64,000 nt of DNA from Squalus acanthias (taxonomy: Eukaryota), in the NCBI GenBank assembly GCA_030390025.1, contig CM059432.1:2418001-2482000 (forward strand), read 5' to 3'. The first letter of the stretch is position 1. Each line of letters begins with the position of its first letter. The position numbers were made by a program, and so were the translations under genes. Shown one piece after another: positions 50,681 to 62,980 of the stretch. Under the pieces are notes generated by a model. That model made no database searches. It saw nothing but the letters and a program-made list of their open reading frames with translations, and was not told the DNA's origin.

Positions 50681-50844
50681 GCAAAAAAAGTACTTGGATA
50701 TGCACAAGAAGTGTCGTAACCTGCAGGGCTACGGACCAAGAGCTGGAAAGTGGGATTAGGCCAGATAGCTCTTTGTCGGCCGGCACAGACACGATGGGCC
50801 GAATGGCCTCCTTCTGTGCCGTAAATTTCTACGATTCTATGATT

Positions 50845-50988
50845 CCCCCCTTTCCCTTCCTCTGCACCTGCTTAAAACCTCTAACTTTTTCCAGTTCTGA
50901 CAAAAGGTCACAGACCTGAAACGTTAACCCTCTTTCTCTCTCCGCAGATGCTGCCTGACCTGCTGAGTGTTTCCAGCGTATATTTCAA
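50845..50988 (+). mobile_element. Solo family B terminal repeat with mutated hammerhead (50893-50928)
   Basis: Core reads CUGACAA instead of CUGACGA; GAAACGUUAAC retained. Confidence 0.7.
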
Positions 50989-51059
50989 GGACATTGAGCC
51001 TCTTGACTTTCTCAGTGGTGAAGGTCAAGAGGAGGGAAGGTCCTGTCCAAGTATCCTTT

Positions 51060-51590
51060 TTTAAAAATTCATTTATGGGATGTGGGCGTCGCTGGCAAGG
51101 CCAGCATTTATTGCCTATCCCTAATTGTCCTTGAGAAGGTGGTGGTGAGCCGCCTTCTTGAACCACTGCAGTCCGTGTGGTGAAGGTTCTCCCACAGTGC
51201 TGTTAGGGAGGGAGTTCCAGGATTTTGACCCAGCGACGATGAAGGAACGGCCGATATATTTCCAAGTCAGGATGGTGTGTGACTTGGAGGGGAACTTGGA
51301 GGTGGTGGTGTTCCCATGCGTCTACTGCCTTTGTCCTTCTAGGTGGAAGAGGTCGCGGGTTTGGGAGGTGCTGCCGAAGAAACCTTGGCGAGTTGCTGCA
51401 GTGCATCTTGTAGATGGTACACTCTGCAGCCACGGTGCGCTGGTGGTGGAGGGAGTGAATGTTTAAGGTGGTGGATGGGGTGCTGATCAAGTGGGCTGCT
51501 TTGTCCTGGATGGTGTCGAGCTTCTTCAGTGTTGTTGGAGCTGCACTCATCCAGGCAAGTGGAGAGTATTCCATCACACTCCTGACTTGT
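51060..51590 (-). mobile_element. CR1-group LINE (second family) 3' end
   Basis: MEYSPLAWMSAAPTTLKKLDTIQDKAA. Confidence 0.78.
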
Positions 51591-51959
51591 GATGTTGTGA
51601 GTTGCTGCAGTGCAGCGTGTAAACAGTACAGACGACATCCACGGTACGCCGGGGATGAAAGTTTATTTACTTTCCAATGACAGTGAACAGTTTAAAAGTA
51701 ATACATTGCACTCTGGATGTAATCATAGTTTAGATCTTACAGACACAATGATACCCCTGTCACTGCTTCCTTCTCAAACTCGAAGCGTTCACATGTGTCC
51801 GTATGTTGATTGTTTTTGATGTGAGGACTATATTCCTGTCAGTTCCGAGAGCACCAGGTACCAACGGGTTGCTGATACGGTGCTTTCAAATTTAAATTAA
51901 ATGCAAAGGCAAAACACTGCGGATGCTGGAAATAAAATAAAATGAAATAAAAACAGAAA

Positions 51960-54214
51960 AAAGAAAGAGAGACTTGCATTTCTCCAGCGCCTTTCACAAC
52001 CTCAGGACATCCCAAAGCGCTTTACAGCCAATGAATTACTTTTTGAAGTGTAATCACTGTTGTAATGTAGGATAAATTTGCGCACAGCAAGCTCCCACAG
52101 CCAGCAATGTGATAATGACCAGATAATCTGTTTTTGTGATGTTGATTGAGGGATAAATCTTCTTCTTAGGCAGTCCCTCGGAACCGAGGATGACTTGCTT
52201 CCACATTAAAAATGAGTTCTCAGGTGACTGATGAGTCCAATGCGGGACCTACAGTCTCTGTCACAGGTGGGGCAGACGGTGGTTGAAGGGACGGGTGGGT
52301 GGGGTTCTTGGGTTGACGTGCGCTCCTTCCGCTGTTTGCGCTTGGCTTCCGCTTGCTCCTGGCGAAGAGACTCGAGGTGTTCGGCGCCTTCCCGGATGCT
52401 TCTCCTCCACTTTGTGCGGTCTTGGGCCAGGGATTCCCAGGTGTCGGTGGGGATGTTACACTTTTTCAAGGAGGCTTTGAGGGTGTCCTTGAAGCGTTTC
52501 CTCTGCCCACCTGGGGCTCTCTTGCCGTGCCGGAGCTCCGAGTAGAGTGCTTGTTTTGGGAGTCTCGTATCGGGCATGCGGACAATGTGACCCGTCCATC
52601 GGAGCTGATCGAGCGTGGTCAAAGCTTCGATGCTGAGGATGTTGGCCTGAGCAAGAACACTGACGTTGGTGTGCCTATCCTGCCAATGGATTTGCAGGAT
52701 CTTGCGGAGGCAACATTGGTGGTACCTCTCCAGTGCTTTGAGGTGCCTGCTGTACATGGTCCATGTCTCTGAGGCATACAGCAGGGTGGGTATCACTGCT
52801 GCTCTGTAGACCATGAGCTTAGTGCCGGGTTTGAGGTCCTGGTCTTCAAACACTCTCTTCCTCAGGCGACCGAAGGCTGCACTGGCACACTGAAGGCGGT
52901 GTTGGACTTCGTCGTCGACGTCTGCCCTTGTTGACAGTAGGCTCCCGAGGTATGGAAAGTGGTCCACGTTGTCCAAGGCCTTGTCGTGGATTTTGATAAT
53001 CGGGGGGGCAGTACTGTATGGCGGGGACAGGTTGGTAGAGGACCTTTGTCTTACGGATGTTTAGTGTAAGGCCCATGCTCTCGTACGCTTCAGTGAAGGT
53101 GTTGACGATGGTTTGGAGTTCGACCTCCGAGTGAGCGCAGACGCAAGCGTCGTCTGCATACTGTAATTCGATGACAGAGGTTGGGACGACCTTGGATCTG
53201 GACTGGATGTGACGGAGGTTGAACAGTTTCCCGTTTGTTCTGTAAATTAGCTCCACTCCAGCGGGGAGCTTACTGAGGGTGAGATGGAGCATTGCAGCAA
53301 GGAAGATCGAGAAGAGCGTTGGTGCGATGACACAGCCTTGCTTGACCCCGGTTCGTACATGAATTGGGTCTGTGGTGGAACCGTTGGTCAGGATCACGGC
53401 TTGCATGTTGTCGTGAAGCAGGCGGAGGATGGTGACAAATCTTTGAGGGCAGCCGAATTTGAGGAGGACACTCCATAATCTCTCACGGTTGACAGTGTCG
53501 AAGGCCTTTGTGAGATCAAAGAAGGCCATGTACAGCAGTTGGTGCTGTTCCCTGCATTTCTCTTGTAATTGACGCGCGGTGAAGATCATGTCCATTGTGC
53601 CCCTTAGTGGGCAGAATCCGCATTGCGACGCTGGGAGGAGCTCTTCGGCCACTGGGAGAAGGCGATTGAGGAGGATTCTTGCGATGACTTTCCCTGTGGC
53701 AGACAGGGATAAATATTGGCTCCAGGACACCAGGGAGAACTCCCCTGCTCTGCTTCTGAATAGTGCCATGGGATCTTTCACGTCCACCTGAGAGAGCAGA
53801 CGGGGCCTCGGTTTAACATTTCATCCAAAAAAGATGGAACCTCTGACAGTGCAACGCTCCCTCAGTACTGCCCCCTCCGACAGTGCAGCGCTCCCTCAGT
53901 ACTGCCCCCTCCGACAGTGCAGCGCTCCCTCAGTACTGCCCCCTCCGACAGTGCAGCGCTCCCTCAGTACTGCCCCCTCCAACAGTGCGGCACTCCCTCA
54001 GTACTGCCCCTCCGACAGTGCGGCGCTCCCTCAGTACTGCCCCTCCGACAGTGCGGCGCTCCCTCAGTACTGCCCCTCCGACAGTGCGGTGCTCCCTCAA
54101 TACTGCACTGGGAGTGTCAGCCTAGATTTTTGTGCTCAAGTCTCTGGAGTGGGACTTTGAACCCACAACCTTCTGACTCAGAGGCGAGTGTGCTACCCAT
54201 TGAGCCACAGCTGA
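51960..54214 (-). mobile_element. DeuSINE split by RTE insertion, with 33/34-bp minisatellite (53842-54103)
   Basis: SINE halves 51960-52158 and 53705-54214 join across the RTE. Confidence 0.8.
52159..53704 (-). mobile_element. RTE-clade LINE, 5'-truncated (RT + C-terminal C2H2 finger), frameshift in G-run near 53005
   Basis: GKVIARILLNRL, QCGF..RGTMDMIF, FFDLTKAFDTV, GVKQGCVIAPTLF, LQYADD, CPTCDRDCRSRIGLISH; (AAG)n tail; 10-bp duplication AGGGATAAAT (52149-52158, 53705-53714). Confidence 0.92.
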
Positions 54215-54271
54215 CCCTTATATGTTGGAAATACTCAGCAGGTCAGGCAGCATCTGTGGAAAGAGACACAG

Positions 54272-54308
54272 AGTTAACGTTTCAGGTCGGTGACCCTTCG
54301 TCAGAACT
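54272..54308 (-). ncRNA. Minimal hammerhead ribozyme (family B) in a solo fragment (54225-54308)
   Basis: AGUU-CUGACGA-A-GGGUC(ACC)GACCU-GAAAC-GUU-AACU. Confidence 0.8.
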
Positions 54309-54350
54309 GCAAACCTAAATGCATCTCATTTATTTGAGATGTTATACTTT

Positions 54351-55052
54351 GGGCTGGATTTTGTCTTGGGGTCGGGTTGGGGTCGTGTCATCCGCATTTC
54401 GTGTTATCCACCCGACTGCAATTGGATGTGGGAGATTGATGCAATTTTCACTTAATTGGGCAATTGAGTTCCAGCATGTGGGAACCCATGAACCAATTAG
54501 TGTTTTCAGTCTGAAAGTCGCCTCTGATGATGTCATCATTGATGCTGCATTGAAGGTCTTCAAAGTCTGCCTGGCCTTTGGTGTGAGAGGACCTGGATGC
54601 AAAATGAGCAGCAGCTCTAAGTCTGGAGAGAGAGAGAGAGAGGGGAGAGGGGAGAGAGAGAGAGAGAGAATTTTTTTTGCTCCACCACTCCCAGATGCCA
54701 GCCAGCCACTCACTGATACTCAGCGCAGCCACTGATATTCAGCTATCCACATGTGCTCCCTCTAGCTTTCACAATCGTGTACCAGAACAGGCGTGCTTCA
54801 CGTAGAAGAAGGGTTAAAATCACAAAGGCCTTTCAAAATGACATTATAGCGGCAATTTAGTGCTTGTTAAGGGCCTTAACAGCCTATCCCGTCTCTTAAA
54901 GGCGGGACGGAGTCGGGACCAGCAGACACGATTTCATCAAAATTGCGTGGAGGCGGGATGGAGGCGGGTTTGTGCCCGCCCACCACTTTTCGCAATTTTA
55001 ACCCCCCACACGCCTCCAAACCCGCCTCCACGGGTCAATGAAAATCCAGCCC
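54351..55052. mobile_element. MITE related to 38595-39439, opposite orientation
   Basis: GGGCTGGATTTT..AAAATCCAGCCC; both subterminal regions match the reverse complement of the 38.6-kb copy. Confidence 0.82.
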
Positions 55053-55389
55053 ATTGTATTTTTAAAAATCCACTTTTTCACTGTGGCTTAACTAGTTTAA
55101 TTTTCGAGCTGTGTGACTTGTTTTGCCCCACTGTTGTAAGAAGGCAATCAAAGTTAAAGGTTACGTCGTGAAAAAGAGCGTCCTCTGGGATATATCTCCA
55201 GTTGGAAGCTCTATCAAAGGGGCGGAATGCGTTATGTAGCTCCTTTAACACAGCTCTTGACTGATTCTTGGGGATTTCATGCACTCGGACATCGAAACCC
55301 CTTGGTTTCACCTCCAGCGCATCAGAAAATCTCAGAAAAATTAACCTCCAGCGCCATTTATAATGTTATATCAGGAAAGGAAGCTACTG

Positions 55390-55775
55390 GGTGTTCAAAA
55401 TCATGAAGGGATTTGATAGAGTAAATAAGGAGAAACTGTTTCCACTGGCAGGAGGGTCGGTAACCAGAGGACACAGATTGAAGGTGATTGGCAAAAGAAC
55501 CAGAGGGGGAGAGGATGAGAAACTGTTTTTAACGCAGCGAGTTGTTGTGATCTGGAACGCGCTGCCTGAAAGGGCGGTGGAAGCAGATTCAATAGTAACT
55601 TTCAAAACAGAATTGGATAAATACTTGAAAAGGAAAAATTCACAGGGCTGTGAGGAAAGAGCAGGGGGGGAGTGGGACTAATTGGAGAGCTCGTTCAAAG
55701 AGCCGGCATAGGCACGATGGGACAAATGGCCTCCTTCTGTGCTGTATCATTCTATGATTCTTCTCTAATTCTATG
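55390..55775 (+). mobile_element. CR1 3' fragment
   Basis: FKIMKGFDRVNKEKLFPL; attctatgatt tail. Confidence 0.85.
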
Positions 55776-55927
55776 ATTATACAGTCTGGAGTTCGGGAAA
55801 GAGGGACAGTAAGGAACTGAGAGAGGGCACAGTTCTGTGAAAAAAGAAATAGGGCAAAACTGGCAGAGAATTAAAAAAAAATGATTCTCAGTTACAATGA
55901 ATCCCATTGGATCAAGGCTTTGACTAG

Positions 55928-56285
55928 TGTCAGCCGTGGCTCAGTGGGCAACACTCTCACCACTGACATCAGAATGTTGCGGGTTTAAGTCCCACTGCAC
56001 GGGACTTGAGCACATAATCCAGGCTGATATTCCATTGCAATACCGAGCGAGTGCTGCGCTGTTGGAGGTGCTGTCCTTCAGGTGAACTATTTCGAAGAAG
56101 AGCAGGGGAGTTATCCCCGGTGTCCTGGGGCCAATATTTTTCCCTCAACCAACATCACTAAAACCAGAGTATCTGGCCATTATCACATTGCTGTTTGTGG
56201 GAGCTTGCTGTGCGCAAATTGGCTGCTGTGTTTCCCACATTACAACAGTGACTGCCCTTCATTGGCTGTACAATGCTTTGGGACC
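55928..56285 (+). mobile_element. DeuSINE, internally deleted
   Basis: SINE head and body consensus. Confidence 0.7.
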
Positions 56286-56371
56286 CACAGTTTTGTGTAT
56301 TTCTTCAATGATTTGCAATCTTAAGATACTGATTTATTGGGGTTCGTAATCTTGTTTCATGGACCAGCTTT

Positions 56372-57105
56372 CTCCTTCTTAGGCAGTCCCTTGGAATCGA
56401 GGATGACTTGCTTCCACACTCACAACTGAGTTCTCAGGTGACTGATGAGTCCAATGCGGGACCTACAGTCTCTGTCACAGGTGGGGCAGACGGTGGTTGA
56501 AGGGGCGGGTGGGTGGGGTGCTTGGGTTGACGTGCGCTCCTTCTGATGTTTGCGCTTGGCTTCCGCTTGCTCCCAGCGAAGAGACTCGAGGTATTCGGCG
56601 CCTTCCCGGATGCTTCTCCTCCACTTTGTGCGGTCTCGGGCCAGGGATTCCCAGGTGTCGGTGGGGACGTTACACTTTTTCAAGGAGGCTTTGAGGGTGT
56701 CCTTGAAGCATTTCCTCTGCCCACCTGGGGCTCTCTTGCCGTGTCAGAGCTCCGAGTAGAGCGCTTGTTTTGGGAGTCTCGTATCGGGCATGCGGACGAT
56801 GTGACCCATCCACCAGAGCTGATCGAGCGTGGTCAAAGCTTCGATGCTGGGGATGTTGGCCTGAGCGAGAACACTGACGTTGGTGCGCCTATCCTGCCAA
56901 TGGATTTGCAGGATCTTGCAGAGGCAGCGTTGGTGGTACCTCTCCAGTGCTTTGAGGTGCCAGCTGTACATGGTCCATGTCTCTGAGGCATACAGCAGGG
57001 CGGGTATCACTGCTGCTCTGTAGACCATGAGCTTGGTGCTGGGTTTGAGGTCCTGGTCTTCAAACACTCTCTTCCTCAGACGACCGAAGGCTGCACTGGC
57101 ACACG
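56372..57105 (-). mobile_element. RTE LINE 3' fragment
   Basis: Very similar to 52159-52890. Confidence 0.88.
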
Positions 57106-57121
57106 CATCATACAGAATCAT

Positions 57122-57865
57122 ACAACAACAACAATTTGTATTTATATAACGCCTTTAACGTAGTCAAATGTCCCAGGGCGCTTCACACAGCAGTGTTATC
57201 AGACAAAAAAATTTGACACCGAACCACATAAGGCGAAATTAGGGCAGGTGACCAAAAGCTTGGTCAAAGAGGTCGGTTTTAAGGAGCGTCTTAAAGGAGG
57301 AAAGAGAGGTAGCGAGGCGGAGAGGTTTAGGCAGGGAATTCCAGAGCTTAGGGCCTCGGCAACAGAAGGCACGGCCGCCAATGGTGGAGCGATTATAATC
57401 AGGGATCCTCAAGAGGGCAGAATTTGAGGAGCGCAGATATCTCGGGGGTTGTGGGGCTGGCGGAGGTTACAGAGATATGGAGGGGCGAGGCCATGGAGGG
57501 ATTTGAACACAAGGATGAGAATTTTGAAATCAAGGCGTTGCTTAATCGAGAGCCAGTGTAGGTCAGTGAGCACAGGGGGTGATGGGTGAACGGGATTGGT
57601 GCGAGTTAGGACACGGACAGCCGAGTTTTGGATGACCTCAAGTTTACATAGGGTGGAATGTAGGAGGACGGCCAGGAGTGTGTTGGAATAGTCAAGTCCA
57701 GAGGTAACAAAGGCATGGATGAGGGTTTCAGCAGATGAGCTGAGGCAGGGGAGGAGACGGGCGATGTTACGGAGGTGGAAGTAGGCGGTCTTTGTTATGG
57801 CGCGGCTATGTGGTCGGAAGCTGATTTCAGGGTCAAATATGACACCAAGGTTGCGAACAGTGTGG
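57122..57865 (-). mobile_element. L2 3' fragment
   Basis: VRNLGVIFD..AYFHLRNIAR..LDYSN; (AAC)n tail. Confidence 0.88.
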
Positions 57866-58596
57866 TTTCTAGCTGATTCTGGCAATAACTGAGGCCATGA
57901 AAGGAGTTGTATAAATGCAAGTCTTTGTTTCTTTCTCAAGTCCTATAATACAACAATTTTACAATACTGTACTTCAAACCATTCTTGAAGGGGAATGTCA
58001 ATCATGTCACTAGGGGTGCAGGTGCATCAGTAAATCTGGATCTAACTTCATCTCACCATGGGACCACTGACTATAACTTTGGGCTCTCTATTGCCTCCAC
58101 CCTATCATCCGTTTACAACCATGCCGATGTAACCTGAGTTTCCTCTGTGTCTATTTGCTGCCACTCCATACCCGAGCCCATGACTTCAATCTCCCCCTTT
58201 TCTCCCCGCGGTTCTCTTTACCCATCTTGGGTCCTTCTCCTCTTTCTCTTCCCCATCCCCTCACCCGGTAATGCTGTCTTTCAATTCTCCCCTCTCGGGG
58301 ACCTCCATTACTCTTATGTAGCCAGAGAAATCTCCGCAATCGCTCCCGCACCGTTACCTCTGGAGTCCCCCCAAGGATCTATCCTCGGCCCCCTCCTATT
58401 TCTCATCTACATGCTGCTCCTCGGCGACATCATCCGAAGACATGACGACAGGTTCCACATGTACGCTGACGACACTTACATGGCTGAAAAAGCAAAATTT
58501 GCAGGGCTATGGGGAAAAAGCAAGGGCAGTTGGGACTAATTGGATAGCTCTTTCAAAGAGCTGGCACAGGCACGATGGACCAACTGATCTCCCTAG

Positions 58597-58605
58597 TGTC
58601 AGCCA

Positions 58606-58641
<36 letters not shown>

Positions 58642-59058
58642 AGGTTGTGGGTTCAAGTCCCACTCCAGAGACTTGAACACAAAAATCTAGGCTGACACTC
58701 CAGTGCACTACTGAGGGAGTGCTGCACTGTCAGAGATGCCATCTTTCAGACCGAGGCCCCGTCTGCTCTCTCAGGTGGATATAAAAGATTCCATGGCACT
58801 ATTTTGAAGAAGAGCAGGGGAGTTCCCCCCGGTGTCCTGGCCAATATTTATCCCTCAATCAGCATCACTAAAACAGATTATCTGATCATTTTCACATTGC
58901 TGTTTGTGGGAGCTTGCTGTGCACAAATTGGCTGCCGCGTTTCCTACATTACAACAGTGACTACACTTCAAAAAGTACTTAATTGGCTGTAAAGCGCTTT
59001 GGGACATCCTGAGGTCGTGAAAGGTGCGACAGAAATGCAAGTCTTTCTTTTCTTTCTT
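58597..59058 (+). mobile_element. DeuSINE, full length
   Basis: A/B boxes, Deu domain, tail gcaagtctttctttt. Confidence 0.85.
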
Positions 59059-59446
59059 CTGTGCGGTATGATTCTATGACGCCCAGCTCTACCTCTCCAC
59101 CACCTCTCTCGACCCCTTCACTGCCTCTGTAAGTTTAAGATTAGCCCGATAGTCTCTGTGGGTGTGTTGGGACCCCTAGAATGAAAGGACAGGAGCGCAG
59201 TAAGAGTAAGTTTCATTCAAAAGTTCACACTCTAAATAAGTCAAGTCTTACCACTTAAATATCCGAAACAACTTTAAGTTTAACCTGTCTCTACACGATA
59301 TGAAGTCTCCATGATGCTTCTGAGAAATCTCACATTAAAAGGAAGCATGCACAACACCAGCAGTACATGAGCTGAGCGACGACTGACTAACGGATCTAGG
59401 AAGGGATATCACCCTGTATCTGCATTCTTTCGGAAGGGAAACTGAT

Positions 59447-60213
59447 GGGTTAGAAATTCGACTCCAGAGTGCCCGATTTCTCAGTGTTACGGGTGCCATT
59501 TTGACTCCAAAATGGCGTCTGCGCCGTGCACACACATTTCTAGTGCTGGCCGCGCCAGACGGCGTTTTGGTAAGGGCCAAAGAAGAGGCGTCGTTTACCC
59601 ATGTCTGAAGCAGGCGTGAGGCTATTAACGTATTGAACTAAGGGGCCTAACGCTGCTTCTGCTCCCACTTGCAAATTTGGTTGGCGTCTGAGGCAGGCAG
59701 CGCCAGCGCTGATCGCCCCCGGGAAAAGCAACGCCAGACAGCAGCGAATTTTTAAAAAAAGGTAAGTGCTTACCATAATCACCTGCCGCGCCCTGTCCCG
59801 GGATCTCCGACCTCCAGGCCTCACCCGATCTCCAGGCCTCCCGATCTCCCTCCGACCCTGACCTCCTAGCGATCCCCGACATCACTGCCGACCCCCCAAC
59901 AATACTGCAGGCGCCCCCAGCCCAACGCCGCCGCCCCCCCCCCCCCGCCACTCCCCTCGCCGATCTTCTTACCCGACCCCCGACAGCACCTCCGATCACA
60001 GACACCGAGGCCCACCCGTTCCTCCTCCAGACCCACGCTGCGCAACCCACTCACTTTCCTGGAAATTTGGAGCTTCAACCTGCGCGGGCACCGTCTACGT
60101 GATAAATAAGGTCCGAGGCCCAAAATCCAACCGTTCCTCCCACCTCCACATTTGAGCGTGGGCACTCTGCCGGCAAGGCGCCCAAAAATTGGACGCCACT
60201 GAATTTCTAGCCC
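59447..60213. mobile_element. MITE, Harbinger-type (TIR GGGYTAGAAATTC)
   Basis: GGGTTAGAAATTC..GAATTTCTAGCCC (12/13), similar to the autonomous Harbinger TIR; CpG-rich interior. Confidence 0.78.
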
Positions 60214-60721
60214 ATGGTATTCAAAACGTGCGGGCGTGACATGATCCGTAAAAGCAATGGACTCAAAAGCTGATTTTTTTTTTTTAAAAGCCTTCCTAAG
60301 GAAGATAAAAGCAACAAGCAAATTACTGATGTCATATTACTGAGAGGAACATGTCTCCAGTGCATTCGGTGTATGTGCCAAACAAACTGGATGGCAGATG
60401 TCCCACAGGAGCTCAATTGGACCCAGGTGTGGATTGCACTAGGCAGCAACTCAGCTACTATTCCTTGTTACCTGAATCCTTTGAGTTAGAAGACAACTGG
60501 GTTCTTTTCCAGAGGGAGGAAGGAGTAGAAGGAAATGTCAGCGATATGAAGCCAACACAACAAACATCAACAAGGTGAAAAACACAAATGCTCACGAACC
60601 TAGGACAAAGCTCAATAGACGGGGGGGATGAGTCATTCATCCTTGAATTAAGAGGAGATAGTTTACCTGTTTATGAACTGAAGGTGCATTTTTGGTTAAT
60701 TTATGAATGGAATCAGATTTA

Positions 60722-61232
60722 TAGGAGTGTGATGGAATACTCTCCACTTGCCTGGATGAGTGCAGCTCCAACAACACTCGAGAAGCTCGACACCATCCAG
60801 GACAAAGCAGCCCGCTTCATTGGCACCCCGTCCACCACCTTAAACATTCACTCCCTCCACCACGGCGCACCGTGGCTGCAGTGTGTACCATCTACAAGAT
60901 GCACTGCAGCAACTCGCCAAGGCTGCTTCGACAGCACCTCCCAAACCGGCGACCTCTTCCACCTAGAAGGACAAGGGCAGCAGGCGCATGGGAACACCAC
61001 CACCTCCAAGTCATACACCATCCTGACTTGGAACTATATCGGCCGTTCCTTCATCGTCACTGGGCCAAAATCCTGGAACTCCCTCCCTAACAGCACTGTG
61101 GGAGCACCTTCACTACACGGACTGCAGCGGTTCAAGAAGGCGGCTCACCACCACCGTCTCGAGGGCGACTAGGGATGGGCAATAAATGCCGGCCTTGCCA
61201 GCGACACACACATTCTGTGAATGATTTTTTTT
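60722..61232 (+). mobile_element. CR1-group LINE (second family) 3' end
   Basis: RSVMEYSPLAWMSAAPTTLEKLDTIQDKAA. Confidence 0.78.
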
Positions 61233-61250
61233 AATAAAAGCTAAAATATC

Positions 61251-62980
61251 GGCCCCGTATTTTCCGATCCCTACGGGTGTGTACGAGCTGGGTACCCACC
61301 CGCAGAAATCTCACAAGTGCCGGTTTCAGGCGTGCGAAGCGCATGCGCTGAAAACCGGCGCGTCGATCTGTCAAGAATCCTCTTGACAGATCGCACGCCT
61401 GCCCAAGAGAAGGGCCTCTGCGGGGGGGGAGAGTTCCACTTTCTGCAGAACCTCCGCCCGCTGAAAACCCTTAGAAAATCTTACGCCTGGTAAAAGCATG
61501 CGTAAGGCGTAAGGCCTGCTTTTACCAGCATAAGAGTTTAAAAAAAGTAAAATTTTACTCATTTATAATTTAAAAATACTTTTAAAAATGGTAAGTTTAT
61601 TTTTAGCCCTGTAAAAAACTTTAAATATTTTTTCAAAAAATTAAATTTTTGTTTAAAATATTTAATTTAATGCAATTTTAACACATTTTAAAAATGGGAT
61701 GTTTTTTTAAAAATGTATTGACTGTTTTGATGTCTTTTTTCAGTGATCCCCGTTCATACTTTTTTCAGAAGAAGCCGCAGTGCTTTGCGAAATCACAGCC
61801 TCGTGTTCAGAGGCTGGTGGAAGCTGCAAGGCTACTTGGCCACGTCGCAGTGGGGCCTGATGCCGGGACGAACGCTACCAGGAGGGCCTTACACGGTGAG
61901 CTTTGCGCTGAGCAAATAAGCATTAGTCCCTAGCGGCAATTTTCAGTCCTGCCCACGCCACCATTTTCGGCAGGCCGTTAACGCCGGACTGCGGTGGCGC
62001 GGCAGGTGTTTAGCGATCTGGATATTTAAGGCCTTGGTTCCGAAGACGCTCCTTAAAACCTCCCTCTCGACCAAGCTTCGGCTCACCTGGCCCGATATCT
62101 CCTTATGTGTCTCGGTGTCAAGTTTTTGTTTGATAATCGCTCCTGTGAAGCGCCCTGGGGATGTTTTACTAGGTTAAAGACGCTGAATAAATACAAGTTG
62201 TCGTTGTATTGGCCCGTATTTTCCGATCGGAGGATTCCCGCGTGCGGAGGCCTCCGATCTGGAAAAAATCTACGCCCTTACCCGAGGGCTCCCGAGGTCC
62301 GGACACTTCCGCTCCTGGGCCTCGCCAACTCGAAATGCGCAGAGGCCCACGTATCCCAGGGGGCGCAGGCGGTTCGCAAGCGTCCCTGGGATCACGTGGG
62401 CCATGGGGAGCCAATGGGAGAAGGGAATCTCCCTTCACACTTTTGAGAGATCTCTCAGCTTAGACCCGTCAAAAGTATGAATGGAAATCACTCCAAAAAC
62501 ACATCAAAACATTAAGTACATTTTAAAAAATCACGTTTTTAAAATGAGTTAAAATTACATTAAATTAAATATTTTTAACCAAAAATTTTATTTTTTGAAA
62601 AAATAATTCAAGTTTTTTACAAGACTAAAAATAAACTTACCTTTTTTTAAAGTATTTTTAAATTATAAATGAGTGGAAATTTTTTTAAAACTTTTTTTTT
62701 AAACTCTTATGCTGGTAAAAGCAGGCCTTGTGCCCGCTTTTACCAGGCATAAGATTTTCTAAGGGTTTTCAGCGGGCAGAGGCTCTGCAGAAAGTGGAAC
62801 TCTCCGCCCGCAGAGGCCCTTCTCCAGGGCAGGCGGAGGATCTATCAAGAGGATTCTTGCCAGATCGGAAGTGCCGGTTTTCAGCGCATGCGCTTCGCAC
62901 GCCTGAAACCGGCACTTGCGAGGTCCCTACGGGTGGGTACACAGCTCGTACACACCCGTAGGGATCGGAAAATACGGGGC
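61251..62980. mobile_element. Two related MITE-like elements in inverted orientation (about 61251-62033 and 62211-62980) separated by an L2 tail
   Basis: 61252-61762 is the reverse complement of about 62470-62980; terminal motif GCCC(C)GTATTTTCCGATC at 61252, 62212 and (reversed) 62963-62980. Confidence 0.78.

Larger units (their letters stand above)
48751..50684 (-). mobile_element. Penelope-like element (family B, Neptune-type), 5'-truncated, inserted in a CR1
   Basis: 9-bp duplication AAAAAGTAC (48742-48750, 50685-50693); ORF plus hammerhead-bearing 3' repeat. Confidence 0.9.

Noticed and set aside
55078..55330. Non-repeat ORF (KPRGFDVRVHEIPKNQSRAVLKELH..)
   Set aside because: No recognisable domain and weak splice signals.
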